64,000 nt of DNA from an uncultured Mageeibacillus sp. GTDB taxonomy: Bacteria; Bacillota; Clostridia; Saccharofermentanales; UBA5734. The notes beneath the pieces were generated by a model that was not told where the DNA came from, searched no databases, and worked only from the letters and a program-made list of their open reading frames with translations. The position numbers and the translations under genes are program-made. Location: NCBI GenBank assembly GCA_964528645.1, contig CAZGSR010000005.1, positions 2,719-66,718 on the forward strand, given 5' to 3'. Below, in pieces: positions 9,157 through 18,376 of this stretch (positions are counted from its first letter, which is position 1; every line of letters begins with the position of its first letter).

Positions 9157-10569
9157 ATGAATACAGCATTTGAACTCCAGATAACTGATCTGAACCAGCA
9201 AGGACAGGGCTTGGGCCGACTTGACGGCCAAGTTGTCTTTGTCGACGGGGCCATTCCAGGCGACAGGGTCCGGCTGAGTCAATTGGAGGACCGTGGATCA
9301 TATGCCATCGGCCAGCTTGATCAGATCCTGGAACCTTCACCGGACAGGATCTTGCCCTTCTGCCCCCTGGCCGACCGTTGCGGCGGCTGTGCTCTGCAGC
9401 CGATGCGCTACAAAGCTCAGCTCGCACACAAACGCCAGCACGTTGTGCAGCTCCTGACCCGGATCGGGCAGGTCCCAGACGTCGAACACAAGGTCGCAGC
9501 CACGCTCGGCATGGATCATCCTTACCATTACCGCTGCAAAATCCAGTTCCCTGTCCGCGGTACCATTCAAGCCCCCCAAATTGGCTTTTTCGCCCGCCGC
9601 AGTCATGCCGTAGTCGACGGCGATATCTGTGAAGTGGGGCATCCCGCTGGTGATCTGGTGCGATCCTGCGTCCGTGACTATATCCAGCAAAACAAGGTTA
9701 AACCGTATGACGAGGCTCGCCATCAGGGCAGCCTGCGCCACATCGTGGTCCGAGTGGCCCGTCGCACCGGCCAGGTCCTTGTGGTCCTGGTCAGCCGGAC
9801 GCCGCACTTGCCAGCCACAGCTGCACTTGCCCGCCAACTGTCTGACACCCTGGCCAAACTGCCGCCGCAACCAGGTGATTTTTCTCCCGGCCTTCACGCA
9901 GACCGCTGTGTCTACACCCTGGGCAGCCTGGTCCTGAATCATCAGCCAGCCAAGACCAACGTGATCATGGGTCCTGGCCAGACGATTCTGGCCGGGGGAT
10001 CCTGGATCGAAGAAGAACTGCTGGGCATGCGCTTCCAGATTTCACCCCATTCTTTTTTCCAAGTCAATCCCGCCCAGGCGGAGGTGCTCTATCAACAGAC
10101 TGTCGCGCTGGCGCAGCTGGAAACGGATGACCTGGTCCTGGATTTATACTGCGGCACGGGGACCATTGCCCTGGCCCTGGCCCAAAAAGCGGGTTCGGTC
10201 ATAGGCGTGGAATCCGTCGCTCCGGCTATTGCAGATGCCAGAATCAATGCCAGCAGGAATGGCTTGGCCAATGTCCGGTTTGAAGTTGCCAAGGCCGAAG
10301 ACTGGTTGGGTGAATTCATCAAAGAATCCCCTGTTCTGCCGACCGTCGCCGTGATCGATCCGCCCCGGCGTGGCTGTGACCGGTCTTTACTGGAAGCATT
10401 GCGGCTTGTCCCTCTGAAACGGTTGGTCTATGTGTCTTGCAACCCAGCGACCTTGGCCCGGGATGTCCAGCTTCTGGCACCTGACTATCAGGTCCGGCAC
10501 GTGGTGCCGGTCGACCTGTTCCCCTGGACAGACTCCATCGAATGTGTCTGCCTGCTGGACAGGATCTGA
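9157..10569 (+). CDS. rlmD: 23S rRNA (uracil-5-)-methyltransferase, RumA/RlmD family
   Basis: TRAM-like N-terminus, Cys cluster CPLADRCGGCALQ, SAM motif LDLYCGTGTIALALA and catalytic VYVSCNPATLARD. ATG 9157 is preferred over the ORF-track start 9079. Confidence 0.85.
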   Translation: MNTAFELQITDLNQQGQGLGRLDGQVVFVDGAIPGDRVRLSQLEDRGSYAIGQLDQILEPSPDRILPFCPLADRCGGCALQPMRYKAQLAHKRQHVVQLLTRIGQVPDVEHKVAATLGMDHPYHYRCKIQFPVRGTIQAPQIGFFARRSHAVVDGDICEVGHPAGDLVRSCVRDYIQQNKVKPYDEARHQGSLRHIVVRVARRTGQVLVVLVSRTPHLPATAALARQLSDTLAKLPPQPGDFSPGLHADRCVYTLGSLVLNHQPAKTNVIMGPGQTILAGGSWIEEELLGMRFQISPHSFFQVNPAQAEVLYQQTVALAQLETDDLVLDLYCGTGTIALALAQKAGSVIGVESVAPAIADARINASRNGLANVRFEVAKAEDWLGEFIKESPVLPTVAVIDPPRRGCDRSLLEALRLVPLKRLVYVSCNPATLARDVQLLAPDYQVRHVVPVDLFPWTDSIECVCLLDRI

Positions 10570-10764
10570 CCGGCCTGCATCTCCAGCGTAACCGAATTGT
10601 TTCAGTTTCAAGATAAAAATCTGGAAACCGTAGCCAAAAACCCATCGCGCGGCTATAATTGACTCAGATTTACCGTCGATGACTATGCCCTTTTGAGATT
10701 GCCCGGGTCAGGACTGTCACCATGGGGCCAGACAACGCGATCCAGAAAGTGTGAATCGAAAAAA

Positions 10765-11763
10765 ATGAAAAAAAACCACTTGCACCATAATCTTCCGGCA
10801 ACGCCTGTTGTCCGCTTCTACGATATCGGTCCCAAGATCGACTTTTTCCCATTAAGCAAATCATCCTTTACAGATAAAATTAAGCATCACCTCCCATCGG
10901 TGGCGGTCCTTGTCATTACGGCCAGCCTGGTCTTGCATTGGACGGTCGGCAGTGGCGCTGCGATCGCACCTGCAGCCGCTTCATCCCCGGATTCTGACCT
11001 GAATAACAATCAGACGGCCCAGATGGAACAGTCGCGGGATGCGTGGCTTCTCGCAGGGCAAGCCCCGGATTTTTCTGGATCCGAGGCGTTGAGCCGTGGC
11101 CTCAGTGCCCAAGCGCTGCTTGAAGAAAAAGTCGAAACAGTCCAGGTCGTTGGTTCTGATGAGACGGCCTCAGTGGTTGAACCTGCCCCGGCAGAACAGG
11201 ACCCCGTGCAGGATCTGGCTGTGACTTCACCAGCTCTGACGGCAACGCCAACACCTGCCCCGACCCCCACACCGACTCCTGCCCCGACCCCTGTTCCTAC
11301 ACCAACGCCCACACCGACACCAGTTCACACCCCCACACCTGCCCCGACCCCCACACCTGTACCTGAAACCAGTTCTGGCGGTTTGAGTTCGGACCAGGAA
11401 ACAGCGCTCAAGGAATTATCCCGCTCCCTGATCGGCGTGCCCTACGTTCTGGGTGGCACGTCTCCTTCCGGTCTGGATTGTTCCGGCTTTACACTCTATA
11501 TTTATGATGAGATTTTCGGCATCAGCTTGCCGCACAAGGCCAGCGATCAGGCGCGGACCGGTACAGCCGTCAAGTCATCGGACATCAAGACCGGTGATAT
11601 CTTGTGTTTTGACTGGGACTACAACGGTTCGGTCGATCATGTTGGCTTGTATGTTGGTGGCGGCCATTATGTCAATGCCTCCCGGTCCAGGGGTGAGGTC
11701 TGCGAGCTGGTAGCTAATTTCAGCTCCAACCCGATCACAACCATCCGCCGCATCGTCCAATAA
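10765..11763 (+). CDS. NlpC/P60 (C40) cell-wall peptidase with Pro/Thr-rich linker
   Basis: C-terminal GLDCSGFTLYIY ... DHVGLYVGGGHYVNAS. N-terminal signal-anchor. ATG 10765. Confidence 0.85.
   Translation: MKKNHLHHNLPATPVVRFYDIGPKIDFFPLSKSSFTDKIKHHLPSVAVLVITASLVLHWTVGSGAAIAPAAASSPDSDLNNNQTAQMEQSRDAWLLAGQAPDFSGSEALSRGLSAQALLEEKVETVQVVGSDETASVVEPAPAEQDPVQDLAVTSPALTATPTPAPTPTPTPAPTPVPTPTPTPTPVHTPTPAPTPTPVPETSSGGLSSDQETALKELSRSLIGVPYVLGGTSPSGLDCSGFTLYIYDEIFGISLPHKASDQARTGTAVKSSDIKTGDILCFDWDYNGSVDHVGLYVGGGHYVNASRSRGEVCELVANFSSNPITTIRRIVQ
11241..11362 (+). repeat. coding low-complexity (Thr/Pro)n linker containing a 23-nt perfect direct repeat
   Basis: acacctgccccgacccccacacc occurs at 11251-11273 and again at 11335-11357. 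The region translates to TPTPAPTPTPTPAPTPVPTPTPTPTPVHTPTPAPTPTPVP. Confidence 0.7.
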
Positions 11764-11814
11764 AACCACAGTCTCCATACTGACGCCTTTGTTGTCAACG
11801 AAAGGAAACCACTC

Positions 11815-13371
11815 ATGCCTTCCTCCCAGCAGGAGCCCATACACCAAAGTATAGCTGCTCCTGAACCCACTCCTCGCCGTTTCTGGTTTGCCTTATCCCT
11901 CTCCATCTTTAGCGTCCTCCTGCTCGGAGGAGCGATCCTTGCCATCCTGACGTATCAGGCTGGCGTGCGTGAAGCCATCCGCGTCTCGGAGTCTGTTGCC
12001 TACGAAGAATTCCTGCAGAAAAAGTCAGCGCTGGATACGGATACGTTCTATCCGGGGGTGTTTGTCGATGGCATCGATTTATCCGGCCAGACCCTTGCCC
12101 AGGCCAGGTCACAGTTCCAGACCAGCCTCGCTGAAAAAGCACGGGCAGTTGCCCTGACAGTTCGCATCGACGATCAGGAAATCGTCTTGGATGCTGCTGC
12201 GATCGGATTTACTGACAATTCAGCTGTCATTCTGGAACAGGCTTACCAGACCGGTCGCACCAGCGAACAAACGGATGAGCGTGCCCGGGTTGAGGATCTT
12301 TTCAGCCAAGTTGAGCTGTTGAAAACGCAGCCACTCCATCTCGAAACGGCTTTGACCTATGATTCCGCCCGCACGGCAGATGCGATCACGGCATTTGTCG
12401 CAACCCAGCAGGTGACTGCCCAAGCAGCCGTTGCGACCGCTTTTGAAGCCGAAACAGGCGTATTTACAATCAGTGAACGGATCATCGGCCGCAAAACCGA
12501 TCCAGTCGAGGTTGTGGCCAAGGTTCTCGAGCACTTGCACCAGGGACATTACCAGACAGTGGTGGCAATTGACTCCGAAAAAGAGATCATCGGCCTTTCC
12601 GCTGCGGAAATAGAGACCGAACTGGGACCGCTTGGCTCTGCCACCACGTATGCCTACAAAGTCGATCCGCCGCGGGACAACAATTTGAAACTAGCCAGTG
12701 ACTTTATCAACGGTACCTTGCTCCAGCCGGGTGAGACCTTTTCCTTCAATGAAGTCGTCGGCCGGAGAACCGCTGAACGAGGCTTCATGGAGGCAGGTGT
12801 CATCCTCGATGGCGCTTTGGTCAAAGACTTGGGCGGCGGCGTTTGCCAGGTGACAACCACGGTCATGCAGGCGGCCATGATGTCAGATTACAAACTGGTG
12901 GAACGAGCCCCCCACTCCTGGCCCAGCAGCTATACAGCAGTAGGGCTGGATGCAACCATTGACTGGTTCGGACCTGATTTCAAATTCCAGAACAACACCG
13001 ACTTTCCCCTCGGGATTGTCGCATCGTACGAAAAACCGACTCTGACGGTCAAAATATACGGCCGCAAACTGGATGATGGTCTGACGATCAGTCTGCGTTC
13101 CACCAAAGATGCAACCATTCCGGTCGACCCTCCGCTATACAAGTCTAATTCCAGTCTGGCTCCAGGCCAGGTGGTCGAAATCCGGGAGGGTCGCATTGGC
13201 CAGCGGGCTACGGCCTACAAAGTCTATTCCCAAAACGGCAAAGTGGTCCGTGAAGAGATTCTTTTCAAAAGTTACTATCGGCCGATCCAAGGGATTTATG
13301 AGATGGGCCCAGCCGTCAAAGTCGCCAATCCACAACCTGCAACGTCCGCTGCTGCAGGATTGAGCGACTAA
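11815..13371 (+). CDS. VanW family protein with C-terminal G5-like domain
   Basis: VanW core GGGVCQVTTTVMQAAMMSDYKLVERAPHSWPSSY. C-terminal VEIREGRIGQRATAYKVYSQNGKVV. N-terminal TM segment. Confidence 0.85.
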   Translation: MPSSQQEPIHQSIAAPEPTPRRFWFALSLSIFSVLLLGGAILAILTYQAGVREAIRVSESVAYEEFLQKKSALDTDTFYPGVFVDGIDLSGQTLAQARSQFQTSLAEKARAVALTVRIDDQEIVLDAAAIGFTDNSAVILEQAYQTGRTSEQTDERARVEDLFSQVELLKTQPLHLETALTYDSARTADAITAFVATQQVTAQAAVATAFEAETGVFTISERIIGRKTDPVEVVAKVLEHLHQGHYQTVVAIDSEKEIIGLSAAEIETELGPLGSATTYAYKVDPPRDNNLKLASDFINGTLLQPGETFSFNEVVGRRTAERGFMEAGVILDGALVKDLGGGVCQVTTTVMQAAMMSDYKLVERAPHSWPSSYTAVGLDATIDWFGPDFKFQNNTDFPLGIVASYEKPTLTVKIYGRKLDDGLTISLRSTKDATIPVDPPLYKSNSSLAPGQVVEIREGRIGQRATAYKVYSQNGKVVREEILFKSYYRPIQGIYEMGPAVKVANPQPATSAAAGLSD

Positions 13372-15110
13372 TCCCCCTGCCTTTCCAGTTCCGCAAACAA
13401 GGCCACATCTGCAGCCAGCACATCCATGTCCAGTGCTTGGCGGGCACTTGCCCAGCTAATCTGGTCGTGGGCTGACAAAATCAGAGATCCTTCCAGCAGC
13501 CTGACATCAAAACAAGCCAGGATGATCCTGAAATCTTCGTAATCGTGCGTCAATAACTCAGCTAATGCACCAATTTCAGCATCCAGCCCCAGTTCTTCCC
13601 GGATCTCCCGGCGCAAGGCTTCTCTGGGACTTTCGTTCGCTTCGACTTTGCCACCCGGCAACTCCCATTGACCCAGGCCATGGCCAGCCGTCGCACGCCG
13701 GGCCAGCAAAAAGCGGACAGGTCCAGATTCGCCCCATTCACCAGAATCATCCCATGTAGATGATGACGCCTGCGCATTTTCCTGGAGCAACCAGGTGTGT
13801 TCACGGTCCTGGATCAACGCTCCGACCACCAGGATTTCCCGACCGGCCAGAAAATGTGTATCCCTTGAGTACAAACATGTATGCTGCTTGTTTGCACCAT
13901 GGTCATCGCTGCCACAGGTCCGGACAAGGCCGAGATAGCGGGCCGCAGCAGATATCTCCAGGCAAGCTTGGCGACTCGCCTCGCCATGAAAGGCTTCCAC
14001 CCCCAAAAGCCCTTTGCTCCTGGCATCTTTTAATCTTTTAACCAGTCGGCTGCTGACAATTGGACGTTCGCCGCACCAGTGATAAATGGCAGGATGCGCC
14101 AGCACTGGCACACCTCCGGCCCGCCGGATCTGCCAGACGGCTTCGGCCAGGCTCGGACGCGGTCTTTCGATATACCCAGGTTTGCCAAACCCCAGTACTT
14201 GTTCGAACGCTTCCTGGGTTGAGCGTGTGTATCCACGCTCAGTCAGTAAAAGCGCCGCCTGCATGCGCCCTACGACTCCCTGACCTTTGTCGACCAGATC
14301 GGCCAGTGTGATGTTATAACCCAGGCTTTGCAGTTGTGAGACCATCGCTGCATTGCGATCGTGGCGGGCTCTGCGCTGCTGTGTCAGGAATTCATTCAGC
14401 AGCTGGTGTCCCCCATTCGGGAAATAACCCAGGACGTGCAGTTCCCGGCCTTCGGAAACTGATATTTCCACGCCAGGGATAAAAATGGGGCAATACGGAT
14501 CGTCCGTATTCGCACAGGACGATTGCACAAGCTCTTGCATGATGTCCAGGCTATCGAGCAGGTCGTGGTCAGTTACGGCGAAACTGGAAAGACGGTTGGC
14601 CCTGATCCGCTCGAACAACTCGTAAGGTGTGTCGGTGCCATCGGACGCGGTTGTATGCAGATGCAAGTCGCAACTACCGGAGCGAACCAATTGATCGATT
14701 TTTTCGGCGGGCGTCAACCGGCGCAGCCAGGTACCGCGACAGCCGGAACGAACCTCTTCATACTCCGTCCAGTCCAGCTCGACGGGCAACCAGGCGTCTG
14801 TCAGGTCCCCTTCCAGAGGAAGAACCAGCACCTCATGCACCAAAGGCCAGATCTGGCAGATTTCCATTGGCCCGGCCATCAGGAGATGGATCCTGGCCTC
14901 ATCCTGCACCTGCAGGCATGTGGGGCCGACGGCATCCAGATGCAGCAGATGAGCCTCGCTTCCGGACAAGGTGCGCCAGGCTTCCAGTGCTTCTTGTTGC
15001 CGCTCCGCTGCAAAAGGACTTTGCGCAGGTATCGCAGGCGGGATTTGTGTACCCCAGGCAGGTACCCGGTCCATTTGATGCTGGCTGCGCCAGATGACTG
15101 GAATGATCAT
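13368..15110 (-). CDS. three-module protein: unassigned ~150-aa N-terminus, PHP phosphoesterase (TrpH/YciV-like), and MutT-type NUDIX hydrolase
   Basis: PHP motifs CDLHLHTTASDGTD, AVTDHD and GSDDHG. The Nudix box GGKVEANESPREALRREIREELGL is a full match to GX5EX7REUXEEXGU. ATGA overlap with the upstream gene. Confidence 0.8.
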   Translation of the reverse strand: MIIPVIWRSQHQMDRVPAWGTQIPPAIPAQSPFAAERQQEALEAWRTLSGSEAHLLHLDAVGPTCLQVQDEARIHLLMAGPMEICQIWPLVHEVLVLPLEGDLTDAWLPVELDWTEYEEVRSGCRGTWLRRLTPAEKIDQLVRSGSCDLHLHTTASDGTDTPYELFERIRANRLSSFAVTDHDLLDSLDIMQELVQSSCANTDDPYCPIFIPGVEISVSEGRELHVLGYFPNGGHQLLNEFLTQQRRARHDRNAAMVSQLQSLGYNITLADLVDKGQGVVGRMQAALLLTERGYTRSTQEAFEQVLGFGKPGYIERPRPSLAEAVWQIRRAGGVPVLAHPAIYHWCGERPIVSSRLVKRLKDARSKGLLGVEAFHGEASRQACLEISAAARYLGLVRTCGSDDHGANKQHTCLYSRDTHFLAGREILVVGALIQDREHTWLLQENAQASSSTWDDSGEWGESGPVRFLLARRATAGHGLGQWELPGGKVEANESPREALRREIREELGLDAEIGALAELLTHDYEDFRIILACFDVRLLEGSLILSAHDQISWASARQALDMDVLAADVALFAELERQGD

Positions 15111-17212
15111 GCAAGATCCCTCCCCTTTCGCAAATCATAGATAACCGTATTCGACTGTTCAGGGAATTCAGCGACTCGCTCAAAATGAGCGTTGAAGAAA
15201 GCTTCGTTCACTCGAAAGTCCGGGTGGTAGCGTAAATCATCGTCAACCAGAAGGTAATCGATCTTCTGGTCTTTCAACACCGCGGTGACATCAGGCCAGT
15301 CTGCTTCCGTGCTGGATAGAAGTTTTTTGACCAGAGCATCCCGGAAAGCTGTGTCATGGCCGGCCGACCAGGCATAGTAGGCATGTCCATAGTAAGCTTG
15401 GCGACCGGAGTAGAAAAAGGCATGGTAATGATAGGGGGCTGTCAGGAAAACAGAACGGGGTGGTGTCTGATCCAAGATCCAGCTGACCACAGGGGAATCA
15501 AGTGGCAGCTTCAGCTTGTTGTGATTGATGTTGACCAGCAGCCTGGTTTCATAGAGACCTGTCCCCGTCAAGGTGATGGCCAGGCAACAGGCCAGGATTT
15601 TTGCCGCAACAGACCGCCGTGCCAGGAGCCTGGCCAGTGCTCCTGCCAGCGGGATGCTGACAAACATCAGGGCGATCATCAAGTATTTATGATTGGCTGT
15701 CACATCGACTGTGAGAGAGATTGAAAATAAAAACAAAATCAAAGTAGCGCTGGCAGCCATCATCAGGCGCGCCAGACGGCCGAGTTCCAGCGCAGCGATC
15801 CATCCGGCCGGTAAAGCCAGGCCAGTGACCAGCAGCAAGTAGAGCAGAACGCCAGCCCACGATTTGTCTTCGGCAATAAATCCCCAGAGCCTTTGCATAC
15901 TGACGGCTGAGTTCCCGCTGCCAGCTCCGGCAAAAAACCGGATCTGGATCAAGGCCGAAACCAGCGCCAGCCCACCCGCCAGAGACCAGACAAGTCGTCG
16001 CTTCAAAAACACCCACCAGGTCAGAAGAAGCAGCAAACTGGCCACCAGAACCGAACCGTGCCAGAAAGGCAGGCAGACCCAGACCAGACCAGCGACCAAC
16101 TGCCGGACATGCATGGACTTCAGACTGGCTCTGGTTTCCGAGAGCCAGAGGGCAGGTGTACCGGGTAAATCGAGCACGGGTGCCCGGCCGCGCGCGGCCG
16201 GTTTCTGCAGGTCAGGCAGCATCAACAGGATCAGCAGGATCAGGATCGCCAGTCCGGACAAAAAATGACGCTGGTTGATATAGACATTCAAGGTCCACAG
16301 ACCCCAGGCATCATGAGGCGTTGTGCCAATGAACTGGTTCTTTTCCCAGAGCGTTCGTATCACGCGTCCGAGACGGGACAGAACGGACACATCCGCTACC
16401 GCTTCGGCGTCCAATCGCCATTGCCGGCCAATTTCCAGTGGCAAGGCCAGTGAACTGCGAAAGAAGAACAAGACCGGCGCCAGGACAGCTGCCAGAGTCT
16501 TTTGCATCACCGCCCGGGCCAGGAGTGCCAGCAAGATGACAACGCTCATGAAAGACAAGATACTGGGCAGATTGATCGCCCAGTCGATCGGTAGCCCCAG
16601 GTAGTGGAGATTCGCACAGAGGAAATAGAACAGGAAATGGTAGTGGATCCCATCCCCGGCAAAGTGCGGGTAGCCGGTTGGCCAGTTCCAGCCGACCGCA
16701 AACGAACGGACCAGCGCCGTGTGAGGGGCAAAATCGCCAAAAATTGAGTAACCGGCTGACAGCTGTCCCTGCTCGATCACAAATGAATCCCACATCAAAA
16801 AACTGCCCAGTACCAGGCTGGCTAATCCTATCCCCAGGGTCATGGTGGTTCCAGCAGGCCAATTTTGCACAGGTAGAATCGGATTTTTGCGGACTGGTCT
16901 ACCAGAACTGGTACGGACAGACCTCAAGGATGGCCTGAGAACGAAGGCCAGGACCAGGCTGAGCTCGGATATCACACAGGCATTGGCCAACTGCAGAGGG
17001 TATGTTACTGGGAAAAAACGGGCAGACAGAGCTGCCAGAACATAAGTTGCGAGAGTAACGGGCAAGATCCCGACCCACAGGCCTGCTGCCCAGAGACCGG
17101 CCAACCGGAGCGCTTTGTCCGGCACGTCCAGAAATTCAAAAGGCCCGATTGTCTTTTGCAGCAGCAAGGTGCCGGACAGCCAGGCCAAGAGGAGGAACAG
17201 AATGGCAGCCAT
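15107..17212 (-). CDS. large polytopic membrane protein, probable GT-C-type (ArnT/PMT-like) glycosyltransferase
   Basis: A 701-aa protein with more than 10 hydrophobic segments plus a C-terminal soluble domain. It lies immediately downstream of a GtrB-like GT2. The family call is tentative. Confidence 0.55.
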   Translation of the reverse strand: MAAILFLLLAWLSGTLLLQKTIGPFEFLDVPDKALRLAGLWAAGLWVGILPVTLATYVLAALSARFFPVTYPLQLANACVISELSLVLAFVLRPSLRSVRTSSGRPVRKNPILPVQNWPAGTTMTLGIGLASLVLGSFLMWDSFVIEQGQLSAGYSIFGDFAPHTALVRSFAVGWNWPTGYPHFAGDGIHYHFLFYFLCANLHYLGLPIDWAINLPSILSFMSVVILLALLARAVMQKTLAAVLAPVLFFFRSSLALPLEIGRQWRLDAEAVADVSVLSRLGRVIRTLWEKNQFIGTTPHDAWGLWTLNVYINQRHFLSGLAILILLILLMLPDLQKPAARGRAPVLDLPGTPALWLSETRASLKSMHVRQLVAGLVWVCLPFWHGSVLVASLLLLLTWWVFLKRRLVWSLAGGLALVSALIQIRFFAGAGSGNSAVSMQRLWGFIAEDKSWAGVLLYLLLVTGLALPAGWIAALELGRLARLMMAASATLILFLFSISLTVDVTANHKYLMIALMFVSIPLAGALARLLARRSVAAKILACCLAITLTGTGLYETRLLVNINHNKLKLPLDSPVVSWILDQTPPRSVFLTAPYHYHAFFYSGRQAYYGHAYYAWSAGHDTAFRDALVKKLLSSTEADWPDVTAVLKDQKIDYLLVDDDLRYHPDFRVNEAFFNAHFERVAEFPEQSNTVIYDLRKGRDLA

Positions 17213-17217
17213 GCCGG

Positions 17218-18186
17218 TCAGTCGTCAGAGGAACGGGCGACTTGGTCTGTTGTGGTACCGACGATGTATCGCGGCCGACCCTTGACTTCAGTGAAAATCC
17301 GGGCGATGTAAATGCCGATCAATCCCAGGCTGAGCATCAGGCTACCGCCAATCAGCAACTGGAGCAGGATGACGGTCGTGAATCCACTGGCTGCATGACC
17401 GGAAAACCAATTAACCAGTGTCTGGATCGCCAGCAAGACAGAACCAAATAGCATCAGCGCTCCGAGCACAGAGACAAACTGCAGCGGCATGACCGAGAAG
17501 CTGGTGATGGCATTGATGCTCAGCCCCATCAGCTTGAAAATGGACCAGCGGCTGCCACCGACCTGGCGAGCTGCCACTTCAAAGGGGAAGGTGGTGCGTT
17601 TGAAACCAAGCCAGGCTGACAGGCCACGGAAAAACGTGTCATGCTCGCCCAAGCGGCGCCATTCCTGGACGACCCGGCGGTCGAGGAGTTTGAAATCAGA
17701 GGCGTTGCGCAGATCGTAGCCTGAAAACCAGCGGAACAATCCGTAAAAGACCTGGGCATTCAACCGGCTGCCCAGACTTTCCTTGCCCCGGGTGACCTTG
17801 ACGCCCTCGACCACTTCATAGCCTGACTGCCAGAGCTGGATCATGTCTGGGATATGCTGGGGCGGATGCTGCAGATCGCCATCCATCAGGATCACTGCAT
17901 CACCAGTCGCTGCATCGAGTGCTGCACATATCGCGGCTTCTTTGCCGAAATTGCGTGAAAAGCGGATGCCATGGATCCGCTGATCATCCTGGCTGGCCCG
18001 GCAGATCGCTGACCACGTCTGGTCACGGGAACCATCGTCAACCAGGACCAGCTCAAAATCGTGGCCGATACCTTCCAGAATCGGCACGACCGTTGCCAGC
18101 GTCAGAGGGATCTGCTGCTCTTCATTATAAAAAGGAATCAGGAGTGAAATTTTCAAGTGGTTTGGACCTCCTGTGATAAGTTGCAT
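17218..18186 (-). CDS. GT2 polyprenyl-phosphate glycosyltransferase (GtrB/ArnC-like)
   Basis: SLLIPFYNEE, LVLVDDGSRD and DGDLQHPP motifs. Two C-terminal TM helices are typical of GtrB-like enzymes. Confidence 0.85.
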   Translation of the reverse strand: MQLITGGPNHLKISLLIPFYNEEQQIPLTLATVVPILEGIGHDFELVLVDDGSRDQTWSAICRASQDDQRIHGIRFSRNFGKEAAICAALDAATGDAVILMDGDLQHPPQHIPDMIQLWQSGYEVVEGVKVTRGKESLGSRLNAQVFYGLFRWFSGYDLRNASDFKLLDRRVVQEWRRLGEHDTFFRGLSAWLGFKRTTFPFEVAARQVGGSRWSIFKLMGLSINAITSFSVMPLQFVSVLGALMLFGSVLLAIQTLVNWFSGHAASGFTTVILLQLLIGGSLMLSLGLIGIYIARIFTEVKGRPRYIVGTTTDQVARSSDD

Positions 18187-18237
18187 TTTGCCACAGCTGG
18201 GAAGTTAGCGTCAAACGGAGAAATCCACTCGGCCCGA

Positions 18238-18257
18238 TTGACAGAAAATCCTGTCAA
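18238..18257. promoter_or_regulatory. 20-bp palindrome TTGACAGAAAATCCTGTCAA in the divergent GT2/pgk region (operator candidate)
   Basis: Perfect 7-bp arms TTGACAG (18238-18244) and CTGTCAA (18251-18257) around a 6-nt spacer. Confidence 0.4.
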
Positions 18258-18302
18258 AACGACGAAATCGGTTCATAACCAACCTGTTTCCGGCCATTTC
18301 GA

Positions 18303-18331
18303 TTGAAAAACAAGGCCTGCGGCGTTATGAT
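18303..18331 (+). promoter_or_regulatory. putative promoter of pgk-tpi (TTGAAA-17-TATGAT)
   Basis: TTGAAA at 18303-18308, a 17-nt spacer, then TATGAT at 18326-18331. Confidence 0.5.
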
Positions 18332-18376
18332 ATGGTGTACTGTTCACCGCAATAGATAAACAGGAGAGTGACTAAA

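Noticed and set aside
10570-10764. Possible c-di-AMP (ydaO-type) riboswitch in the ~100-nt leader of the NlpC/P60 gene.
   Set aside because: The conserved ydaO elements that I remember (GGGGACCCA, GGGUGAAUC, CCGAACCCG...AGCUAACC) are not present.
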